A DNA stretch of 64,000 nt, taken from Paraphysomonas bandaiensis. Its lineage: Eukaryota > Protista > Chrysophyceae. The translations under genes were made by a program, and so were the position numbers. Below, in pieces: positions 36,275-48,386 of this stretch (positions within the stretch are counted from its first letter, which is position 1; every line of letters begins with the position of its first letter). The notes below the pieces were generated by a model, which saw nothing but the letters and a program-made list of their open reading frames with translations, was not told where the DNA came from and ran no database searches. The stretch spans positions 186,001-250,000 of the forward strand of contig CBFFRP010000406.1 of NCBI GenBank assembly GCA_965644295.1, given 5' to 3'.

Positions 36275-36994
36275 TTTATTATTTATTAGGAATATTCTAG
36301 GTATTACCTATTAGTGTCACCCATATAGGTAGGATTTTATGGTACCTATAGGTAGTGAGCGATAGACACCCATCATCTATTATCTATAGGTAGTGTGTCT
36401 AGGAATACCTATATACTCTATAGGTAGGCGCATCATAGGAGTGCACGAAGTCCCTATAAGTAGGTTGCAGTATTTATATGGCCCACTAAATAGACAAACG
36501 TCAGTAATCAGTGAGACATCATACTTCATCAGGCATTTTGACACAACCGATTTCGCAATGAGTTTGATATGGATGATTGAATATATTTAATTATTTTATT
36601 TATGTATAAATAAGTACAATAAATACATCACACACAGATAGGTACTATGTTAATGAAACGTTGGTTACCAATATAACCCTTGTACTACTCTCAACTCTCA
36701 ACGGTCACATCACATTATTTTACCTGTGCTTGTAAACGAATTGCTTGGTGTAACATTTTTTTATTAAATGTTCAAAATCTAACTTGATTCTTCTTTGATA
36801 ATATATTTAGATTATTCTAACACAGTTCCTGATAGAACGTAAGATTATCAAGTCCAATAAGGTGGATATCAGAAAATAGTCAATGTTAGGTTACCCCAAA
36901 TAATGATGATAACAAACTTTACTAGTCTAGCTACACCTTGATGGCGTGAATTATCACAATGACTTTCCAAAAGCACGATTACAACACGAATATT

Positions 36995-39900
36995 CTATAT
37001 CCCATCAGGAGAACGATTTCCTAATACTTTATTGACAACCAGCTTCAACGTTCTACATGCTTCAGGATCTTTCGTAAGAATAGTCCTCTTCATCTGGTTT
37101 CCAGCAGTATCTCTTCCAAATACGACAACTAATCTGTGATCGCTCCCCATCTGTAATATAGTTATTGCCTGATAAATAAAACTAGATGAGACAAACCTCT
37201 TTTATGTCTACAGGAGAAGCATGAGTAGTTCCAGCATGTCCTTGTAGCAATAGCTCACCAGCGGGAGCCTTCCAAAACCATTAAACAGATGTGGAGTATG
37301 GAAAATACGTACATTTCCTTGGTCGATATCATCATCACTGTTCCACCATACCAACCTCCTTCCCTGCTCCGCACACAAAAATATCATCTAGGAATAGACC
37401 ATAGTGATCATAGCGCACCTGTACAACAAGAAATGCAGAGTTCCAAACGCCAACAACGTCTCCAGGACGTGAGCTCATTTCTCGAGGTTGCTTGATCTTC
37501 ACAGAACCATCCCACTGACAGTCCAGGACCAAGCGAAGCTTAACCTGAGATCACAGTCATACAGTTAAAGTATTTATCCCGTAGTTTTCACCCTCTTCAA
37601 ACGCTCACGCTGCCTCTCTGCGGATAGTCTGCGGTTTTCTTCTCGTTCATTTCGATATACCTGTCAGACCGTGTCAAGGTTTCAACAACCGCAACAACAA
37701 GCGTCGGCACCTCAGCAATATCGTCATCATTCGGGAGGCTTTCTAGTAAGTTATGAATCCTTGTGGCCATGGGCAGGTCTTCTGGTTGTGGCATGAATAT
37801 ATACAGAAACTCCGACAGCCCAGCTATAGGAATAGTCAAAACAATTCGAGAGCGCGCAATACATGGCTACCTATAAGAATAAGGTATCTTCCAGGGATTA
37901 GGATGGATGCCACCCACAATAGACAGAAAACAGTGTATATGGGTAAAGTCTGTGAAAATAAATCACCAAAAAATACGACCCCAGGCAGATTTACCTTGGC
38001 TGGAAACGTCCAGTTAAATATATTTTTGAAACTCTCAACTTTGTTCAACACGCCTCCGAGAATATTCTGAACATACTTGATATGGTCTCTCGCATTCCAT
38101 ATTGCCTACACAAACCAACATCAGACTCTTCTTAATTGTTAGAGTCTACTAACAGATATAGCTGTTTGACTTTTCTCGTTCTTAGGGTTGACTAATGACT
38201 GTATAACTCTGTGTATTTATGTTAATTGCACTGAAATATGAGTATATCCTGCATCTCACTTGCTAGTCTCTAAGTCATCAGGGGAAGGTTGCTTAGGAGA
38301 TTGCCTACTAAAAATATCAGCTACTATAACAGCAGCTACCATTCATATATACCTGATATCAAGCTGCATCCTCAAAAGAGCCTGAGGATTATTAGAATCA
38401 CCACCACCAATTTTTCTAGTCTGACGCTTCAAAAGAATATCTCGGTGATCTCCTAGAACTGGCAAGGGGGTCAGGTGATGGTTCTCCATATCCCCAGAGT
38501 GTTCAATAAACTGGCCTTCCTCACTATCATGAAGACCACGCAACCTCTGTGATACAGTCGTTAGCATATTATTACAAAAGTTATTGTACCCACCTGCAAA
38601 TACGCGGGACTCCACAGAATATCTCGCCAAGTTCTCACCTCATCCTGTAGTCCAGTAAGCTCTTGCCCACACTTTCCCTGCGCGTCAGCACTACATTCGT
38701 CACTTTGAACCAACTCTCGTACGGGAACATTAATAACGCCCCACGTATTATCCACGAAACTAGACATAGGATTGTCTCCGTGAAAGCTGAACCGAACTAC
38801 TGCGTTACTTCGAGTCCATGGAACAAACCCTTGCTTCAACGTCTTTGGATTCAGCTTCCGCGGTCCTTGTGCAGACACTTTGGGTTGAGGTGAAGTTGTA
38901 GGGGCATCAGCGCCCTCATCTGCTGCCGATCCAGACCCAGCTTCTGTATTGGGCGACATCTCACAGATCTTTTGTAGTATAGGATAGAGGTAACTGATAT
39001 CAACCTTATCGGAGTTTCCAGCACCCTCATGCTGCGGCCACGGATCGGACACATTATGCAACAATGCATCTTTAGCAGAAGAGCCTTCCGTTCTGCACAA
39101 AACAAAGTTGTCACGGCTATAGAATGAAATTAAGCAAATTGTCATACTTCGAAATACTCAAAGATGATATAAAATTTCCTAAACCGCCACTTGTTGAAGA
39201 TCCTCGATTCATAGATGACAACGCTACGGACAAAAATGATCATAATAATAACACGCGACGCATTCACTAACCCAAAGCACGGTCGATACTAAATGTAGCT
39301 ATGTGGAACTCTTGGTTAGTCGGTGCTCCAAGTTGTTTTGAATCTGACTCATCTCCGTCTGGAATAAGTGTTATTCTCACATACGGTGGAGGAGTCCTTG
39401 GAGTTCCCCTCAATCCAAAATTTCGAAACCTGCGATACCAATCCATCATTGTTTTCTTTGTTCTATTCCCAACATACCCAGCAACTGCAATTCTAAGGTA
39501 TGCAACTGGCTTGTAGGGATAATCCAGAGAATCTTCTTCCACCTCAACCTAATAACATCACATAAAAGGATTGGATACAAGAAAACAGCAATACCCATCG
39601 CTTTCGATAGTGACCAAAATGTCTATTGGCCCAAGACTCTGTCAATAAAGCCACCTACAAATATATCCGTTATAGGTATACTATAGATATATACAGCTCT
39701 ACCACAAGAAAAAGTGGGCAGCACAACGCGTACTCCGCATTGATTGTCAGCGTAAAATAAACGAAGAGCACTATCACATAGCGTCAAACAAACGCAAGTA
39801 CCAAATATAGGAAGCATACCTAGCATGGCGAAGGTAAAAGGTGGGTTTTCCCAATCCATCAAGCTTCTATATCGACTGCACAAAATGATCACTGCGATTC

Positions 39901-42630
39901 CTAGAGGCAAGTAACTCTAACCTAAATAAACTTTTAAAGGAAGAAATCACTGCGCCGAAGCGCCTGATGTGAGTTCTGACTCGCTCAAGTGACATCTACG
40001 CAAAAAATAACTTTACGATATATACGATGTGAAAACTAACTAACCGGCTCCTCCGGTCCTTGTAAAGCAACTCGGGGGTGAGATGACAAAAAAAGCCCTG
40101 TGGTGACAAGAAATTGTGATGATTCGGCCTCAGAAACAAACCCCTCACTGCATACGCACCAACGACATCCTCTTTGAATCGTATCTGCATGGTGAAATGT
40201 CCGATACACTCTTTTCCAGTTATATCTTTCATTTGATAGGTATCAGCTCCAGCCAATTCCCAATTGCTGTGGTATTTGTCGGCATCTCTCTGCAAGGACA
40301 TTATGTCTGCGGTGGTTTAGTCATACATATCATCCTACCTGAAGTATGGAATAAATGGACACAGTCGTTTTCCCGACCTGATAGATAACAGCATAAGATG
40401 CAGCTAACTAAAGGTTGAGTAGACCAAACTACCTTCTTCTCTGTCTGGGCATCCACCAAAGTAACAACCAAAGAACTACGGAAATGAGGTACCATAAACT
40501 CGAAGGACCTAGATGGAGTTAGCAAACATACGAGTAAAATCATGACATACTCATTGAAGCAAGGAGTCGCTGTCGACAATACTACCCTAGTTTCACGCTC
40601 CTGATCCTGATCAATCTCTGGAATTCCAGAGCACATGGATACTACAGCAAAGTAATCGCCTTCAGCAGCATCTCTGACAACAGACTGTAGAAATAATTAT
40701 CCTCTTGCATAGTGACATTAGACAAAGTAGTTACCTTTTGTGCAGAAAGGAGGTGTACATATATTGTTCCAACTCCATCAGGATCTCCTTTTAGAGTTGC
40801 AGTGTCTCTAACTGTCCTCCTCTTCCTCCTTATAGATGAGGCAGATGATGTACCTGAGGATAGAGCCTCTATTACATCTAGACCTCGCGTCGCCGCGTCC
40901 CTCACCCACTCTGACGCTGAACTTGCAAACGACCGCTGTGCTTTGTCCAATGTGACCGCATTTTCAGAAGGGCTGGGTTTAGATATCTCAGTGCTTGATG
41001 AGCCCTCTGAATGTGATGGAGAAACAGAAGGAGTCTTGTTTATCATTCTCACTGTTGCAGTTGCCACAGAAGCGTCCTTACTAATGTGAATTCGACGACG
41101 TGGCCCCACAGGAGTTTGAGGGTTTGGTGTTCCGTTAACAGCAGCTATCGGAGGATCAATCCCTGCATGAATAGTGCTAGATAGAGGTTCTGATGACTCT
41201 GTTCTTTTCCTACTCGGACTCTTCACTTCAGAATATAAAACTTTCGATGCCGTATCACTGCAACGACATTGGCATTCGTGAGTGCAGCACGCACAACATA
41301 GCATTGTTCTTACTCTGTAGGAATCAAAGTATTGGGATCTACAACTGCGGTGGATTGAGATGAATCGTTTATTTGCACGGACTGTGCATGTTGAAGAATC
41401 GGCTCAATAGCAGGCGGGGGGACATCCAGAGACATAGCTTGCGGGTGCGTATTTTGTGTTTGGTCAGGGGAAAATTTAAGTCTGAGGAGCACCATACCAC
41501 ACCCCACCCCATCCATTGTCCGCAGTCCAAACCATCTGTGAATCATGCACTGTTATAATACGAAGCATTGATAAAGACTAGGTCGCACCGCTCAATCGAC
41601 ACATTAGAGTGAAGCAAAAGTGGAAGCAGATTAACCTTGCAACCAGCCAAAGCACTGTCAAAGACCCTAATACGGATATGTTGAGTCAGGTTACACGACA
41701 AATTCAAGCTAAAATACCCATAGAAACTCTTCCATAACTCAACGGTGAGAAAAGGGGGGGCGAATACAGCCCTTTCATCTATGACACATTAATTCAAGTC
41801 GCAGATAGTGGTATATGTACGCACCATGTGGGTGTACGATATGTCGCAGGTATCTGTTTGATTGCGAGACTGCGCTATTAGACCTAGACCGGTTACTGCT
41901 TGTGCTATTCGAACGTGAACGGCTTCTTGTAGTGGAAGCAATACTGAAAGGAGGTTGTTCGGAAGAAACCTCCCACACACAGTCATGGTCGCCCATCTCC
42001 TACATATTCGTTAGAAAAAGATTCACATATGCGGTAGAGACTCACAGCTGCATCAGTCTTAAATGCATCTTGACAGGACGAAAGCTTCACGATGCCATAC
42101 TTAAAAATAATATGCACATGTTAGCAATGGAGATAACTGCATACGATACACTTACGAGCAGTGTGCCAGGAGCGATCTGCATATCATATGCATGCAGTAC
42201 ACTAACATAAACTTTTCCTAGAGTACATTACACGTACAATTATATTGCAAAATATACTTACCACTGCAGTTGACATGCAAAAGATCGTGCGAGTTCAGCT
42301 TGGTGTGAATGGCTTTGGGATCGCATGGGTAGCAAGACTTCGCCATATATCTGCAACCGGTGTGCACACTAACGCCTATCCACATACACAATATAATATA
42401 CCCAATGAAACAACCAGCAAACCACTCACCACATATATTGCATTTATTGAACTTGGATACAGCTGTTTCATTCACCGGCCAGGCCTCCTGACACACAAAA
42501 CAAAACTTGCACGAGTTGTCTCGTATAAAATCGTGGTTATACGTGGAGCCTTCACATCAATAGAGTGTTACAAGAATCAAACGCTACAAAAACATCACAA
42601 TGTCAACGTACCAGATGTTGACTCTGCCAT
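36995..42630 (-). CDS. MCTP-like protein: N-terminal C1 zinc finger, C2 domains, C-terminal transmembrane/PRT_C-like region; many exons
   Basis: C1 HDF...CFVC...CNIC|GVSVHTGC...C. C2 signatures RVFDS..LAGC, HRWFGL, TPCFNE, LVDAQT. YRSLMDWENP, VLNKVESFKNIFNWTFP and hydrophobic helices follow. Stop at 36995; start position inferred. Confidence 0.72.
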
Positions 42631-43146
42631 ATTAAACGATGTGCTGTAAATCTCTATGAATGGAGCGCTCCTTCCTCTACGATCATTCCTTAAGAATACA
42701 CACAGTGACTATCCGCTCGTCCACAGCTATTGACTTACTACAGTAAGAAGGAAGTTTTTCCGATGAAGTCACTGGTATGAGAAGCACTGTACTGGAACTG
42801 AACTTCTTCTCCTACCGGCTACTGGTACTCCTATCATGAAGTGGAAGTACAAGAGAAGTGCGTGATCGAGTATTGGAGAAGCGTGATGTTTATTCAGTCA
42901 ACAGTAACCTATCCAATCCGTGTATGACGCTCCACTACACTGTATTCTGTGTGCTACCTCTACCCGTATGATATGACACGGACGTAGAGTATAGTGCAGC
43001 AGCACCGTGAGTGTCTGCCTATGATGAATATATGCATGTGTGCTTTGTTGCTATCTTCTCACTGGACAGAGCACAACATCAGCACCCGCTGCTCTATCAA
43101 GCAAGTGTACCAATCATAAGCCGTAGGCATCATCCGTGGCTGTACC

Positions 43147-46100
43147 ATGGACGCCAGCTTGATATCAGATACTCCATGGATTGAATATCATGACGAGAGC
43201 AGCGGCAGGCCCTACTATTACAACAAAGACACCGCACAGACTCAGTTTGATATGCCGGAAGCTTACGCCACTTGGAAGAATAATGAGATCGACAAGTTCC
43301 TCAGCACAACCTACTGGAGAAGGCGGAAAGATGAAAACAGGAATGCGTATTTCTATTACAATAAGCAGACAAGAACGAGTCAGTGGGATGTGCCTCAGGA
43401 GCAGAAAGAGTTTGAAGCGTTCTTGCTTGAAGTTAATGAAAAAAGATTAACTGGAAGTGAAGATGGTGATGACGCGCAGAGTGAAGGTGGATGGGGTGAA
43501 ACAGATGAGATGCAAGAAATCTCTGGGTTTGATGAACCCGGGACTCCATTGAGCGGTGGAACTCCCACTCATGAATCTCCTATGAGCGCCGAGTATTCCT
43601 CTGACTTTGGTAGCTCTAAAGAACGAAAAGAAGAGGAAGTGGAGGAGTATTCGACGATGGGAAGGGACTTTCTGAATACTCCGGAGGTGCGTGACGATGA
43701 TACTAACAAAGCTGTACCTTCGGGTCAGAGCGAGGTTGACGAGAAAGCGGAGCTTGAGAAAGAGCTCTCGTTGCTAGAGGAGAAACTCTCTGCGCGTGAT
43801 GCGATAATGGAACCCGGTGTAAACCGCACAATTAACAGATACTTGACCCTTGCTCCTGAAGCTACTCCTCTCATGGTAGTGCAAAAGCTGAGTCAAGGGT
43901 ACACGGGCTACGCGCAGTTGACTCACATTATATGTAGCTGGATAGAGCTCGCTTCTGACGGAGTTGCAGAGTTTGACGCTGATGAATTCGTGGCGCAGGA
44001 AGTTGCTGCCTTAGTTAAGCGGAAATTTCACAAGGTATGTCTGGGTGTCCTATTTACATTTAACCTACCTCATGTTGCTTGTATGCTAGGATCTTGCGGA
44101 TCGTCTTATCGACGAGCAAGCAGCTGTGCCTCTCTGGTTACATGACATGATGCACAAACCTACTTGGCGGCGGCTACTCATTGAACTTTTTGACGAGAGC
44201 TCAAACAAGGGCAGTGCCCTTCTTGGCTATTGTATACGTTATCTTTCTGGGCAGGGATTTCACAGGGAGATTGCGCATGTGATTCGGGAGGCTGAGTACT
44301 TTCACGTCTTCAATGACCTTTTCAAAGATACGATCTGCCGGGTAAGTAGATAGGATATTAAGTGTGTGTTCTTATGCATTGTTCGCAGTTCGGCCAGGCG
44401 CTTTCAGGTGCAGCATGTGATGATCGAGCTGAGGATTTGGTTGGCGATCTAAAACGTATGTGCTGCAGCTCGGAGTACATGTTTATATATGCACATGCTC
44501 TTCTCAAAGCTCTGGAAGATACTTTGCTTGCAGCAGAGGAAGAAAATTGTGGAAAGAGGAAGCGTGTACATAGCGATGTGGAGGAAGCTGAGGAAGGAGA
44601 AACTACTTCACCCGTAATATCCCAGTGGGGAAAGAAGATGAGGAGACTGCGACAGGAGCTCGACCAGGCAGTCATTTGGGACACTGGTGACACTTCCTCT
44701 CCAAGTGCTTGGTGTGACCCCAACCCTCTTACCCATACGAGATCTTTTGCGATGCGCCTTACCGATATTACCGGAAAATCTGCCGCTCAGAATATTGGTT
44801 CTGGATATGATAGGGTTATCGGCGTGCTCGATAACGATACCATATCGGAGGTCGTAGTCAAAGATCTCTATCGTGCATGCTTCGGGTGTGTGGGAATGGC
44901 AGTTATGCTTTATCATCTGAACTATAAGCAGGGTGGACGTTGATTTTCCAGACGATAAGTGCATTGTGGCGCAAGCAGAAATCACCAAGTTCATTGAGTT
45001 CTGCAACGGTGATGGCGCCGCAGTTATGGAGTTAATGAGCCACCCACAGGTTTGTTAATGACCTTGATGTGAGCATAGATATAGTCAGTGACCATTTGGA
45101 ACACAGGTGCTGCGCGTATTTGTTCGCTCTCTTTTCCATACCTCCAAGTCACACAGGTTGATGTACTCCAAAAGACGGGTCTGTGATCTGCTGGCTCTTG
45201 TTTGTAAATACAAGGGTCAGAATGGTGGGAGCATTGGTGAACATGAAGTTTTCACTCGGGAAGTTTCGAAGCTCTCAGGCAGTTTGACTCAGGCGGTTGA
45301 TATGTGCCTTGAGATGAGTGGGCTGGTTAGAGGATGACATTGCTTGCAATATAACTTTTAATACCGTTTTCATAGGGCAGTGGATTGACGTCGTCCGAAA
45401 AGTTCGATGATATGTTTGTTTTGCTCAAAGTAAGTGTGTGGTACAAAAAGCATGAGGATTTAGTTTGTATTCGCAGGAGCCCATCATTTCAGCCGCCGTA
45501 CTTTTCTGGATTAGATGCAGTGTCACTGATATCCAGTTTATTCATAAGTACGGAGTACTAGTATGCGTGCTTTATTGTATTGATCGTCTACGCAGGAGTC
45601 AGCAAAGTGCAGTGTATTCTGTGATTTTGCAGATTCTGGTACACACAATTGATCACTATCCCTTACAAAGGCAGGAATGCTTTAATATACTCAAGGTTTA
45701 TCAACTACTGCCGTTTTGTTTAGAAATTAACTATACCCAAGACTGCATATAGGTCCGTTTCAGAATTCGTGTCTGATTTGGACGACGGTCACAAGGTAAT
45801 TTAAAACTGATTCTCGCTCTCGCCATAATGTTTATCGCTCTGGCGGCAGGACTCCGGCATTGAAATTGACATCATGGATATAATTGTGTATCTTATCGGA
45901 ACAGGTGCTGTTGTGAAGTTGATGCTATCAGAGTATGACGCACACTTGCAGGGTTTGTTAGGGAGCCAATGGATTTTATCGCCAGCTATGTTACAGATGA
46001 TAATATGCATAAATTCGATACGGTATTTGCAACTGTAGTTGGTGTGCATTTTTTACTGTGTCTATCAGGCCTTAATTCGCCACGTATTTGTGAAATTGCT

Positions 46101-46377
46101 CACATCGATATCTCCGCCCTTTTCCAAGGAATTTTCTACGAAATTAATTGATATATTTCTTCTGCGGAGGTAAATACTACGTTTCTGTTATATCACTATA
46201 CATGACGCTTTTTTCTACTACAGCTCACGCAAAGCTGTTGAAAGCCAGCACTTTCCTATTGTTGGAGTTAAAGCACTATATAACTTTCGCTCTTCAATTG
46301 GTGCAGATACCTTAGAAGGTGTGAAATTGAAGGCATTCAATGCGTTAGTAGACAGTGTAGGAACACACTACAGGTAG
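43147..46377 (+). CDS. Tandem-WW-domain + NELF-C/D (TH1)-like protein, multi-exon
   Basis: WW1 PWIEYHDESSGRPYYYNKDTAQTQFDMP and WW2 YWRRRKDENRNAYFYYNKQTRTSQWDVP. TH1 motifs LSARDAIMEP, VVQKLSQGYTGYAQ, PLWLHDMMHKPTWRRL, RYLSGQGFHREI, KRMCCSSEYMFIYAHALL. Confidence 0.8.
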
Positions 46378-47508
46378 CAGCAGCAATATGACGAAGATGT
46401 ATTTGTAGTTTACACTTTTTAATTAATATAATCACTTACTTTATGTGGTACGAAACCAATGCGCACTTGCTTGTGCTGGTTGTAATTTGTTTAGGTGGTT
46501 CTACTGACATTGTTTTAGTATTCTACACCAAAGGACACAGGTCTTACTAGCAGCAAAATTCCAGTATTCCCTCCATCGCATACACAAGGAACATAGTGCT
46601 GTGAGCTGCAGATAATACTTCTTAGAACTGTTGCCACTAATAACTTATAAATCCATGATTACATTTAAATTCCTTCAGATATGAGATATGATAACTACGC
46701 ATCCTAGTCTCATACATTCTATTCATATTGTATATTGTGAATATTGAATATATATACGAGTGTTCTGTATTCATATTTCTTATGTGGAGACCATATTTAC
46801 CTTCAGTCAGCAGGTGTCAGGTATATATTATTATATATCATCATCTGCTTGCTCACTGCATTTGCTTTAATTGATAGAACGAAAGTAGTTGCACTTGGTT
46901 CTTGTCGTGACACACAAGCAGCTTTCGTAGCGCAAAATAGTAGGATATCAGAGTTAAGCACTAGTTAGTTAAATTGTTTTGCTACATTAGTTCTGACTCT
47001 TTCATGCATATTGCTCATAATCAGGCATTCACTACTGAGACCACATATATTTAAGTATGTACGATATTGTCAACTTGGGTTAGGGTTAGGTTTAAAATCA
47101 AGAGACCTGAGAATAAAGTGCCCCAGATTGCAACGATAAACATAGTACTAAATGTAACGATTAAATGTAACGCTACACTATATAAATTGCAAAAATACAT
47201 AAGTACCTATAACCGTCAACAATATTTTGTAGCTTTCCTACGTAATTTTTCTCCAATATACCTTCTATACCTTCTATAGGAAATATCATCGTTTTTGCCG
47301 TATTGGATAGAGGGGGCGCTATATTGTGACATATCGTGGTGCTGTTCCATCAATAAATAGTACATCATCATGGGATTTTTGTCCTCAGTACTATTACAAT
47401 ATATTAGCATCAATGATCAACTATGAGATATGAAGTACATATTTCTAAAAACATCCACTATACCAATAAATTTGAGTACTTATAATTAGCGTAGTGAGGG
47501 GTAAAGGT

Positions 47509-47635
47509 CAGGCTTGCGTAACCAATAATGGCCATTAATGGCGACGCATTGCTTCCCCCATTTATATGGCCATTAATTTTAAAAATCCCACCATTTTTAT
47601 GGCCATTAATGGCCATTAATGGACCATTTATGGTT
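47509..47635. mobile_element. Probable DNA-transposon end (hAT-like) with palindromic subterminal repeats
   Basis: CAGGCTTGCG is followed by several ATGGCCATTAAT-type units. No partner end or transposase was seen. Confidence 0.45.
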
Positions 47636-48386
47636 TGATTACTATTGCTTTATTGCTTTTTAGAAAGAAGTAAATGGAAAGTGCTAATTTACTAAAGGTA
47701 ATTCATCCGACCTAAATTTGTCATGATCATGTTGATTCAGAATCAGTTGTATTTTTCAGGTATCATACAGCAATGATACATTGAAATATTACCTTTTCTC
47801 TATAATATACTTCACACATGGTGCATTTAATGTCCTACGGAGTGTTTACTCAATTGTAGGAAGAACAGAAACATTTTTCATGCACACATATATACGAATG
47901 TAGTATTAGTATGTCGATGAAGTAGTATTGGTAATTGGTGGGTGAACTATTTATATCCGACTCAATTATTCACAATACCAACATACCTTCATTACCCATG
48001 TACTTGCTTTCCAGCACTGCTTATATTACTATTTTACATAGACCACTGCAACTACGCTAGGCGTATACTTGTACTACATATATTCAATACATAATATACA
48101 ATTCATTTTTACGTTGACGCGTGTATTACCTATACTAGCACCAACAAATTGAACGCCTCCGAGCTGTATCCACTGCACTAGCGCATGCAATACGCAACAA
48201 ATTATTAGACTGATTCACTACAAACTGAGACTAAAATGTTTGCAACTTCCGATTGCCAATGTTGGATCAGCTATTCGGATACAAATCGAATTGTATGCAC
48301 ACATAGAAAAGATAAATGGTACGGATTCTATCAACAAAACGTTTCCTATCCATGTAAGCCGGCATAAACTCATCGCAGTGTTGGAC

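Noticed and set aside
47076-47095. Interstitial telomeric repeat (gggttagggttagg)
   Set aside because: About two units only, which is compatible with chance.
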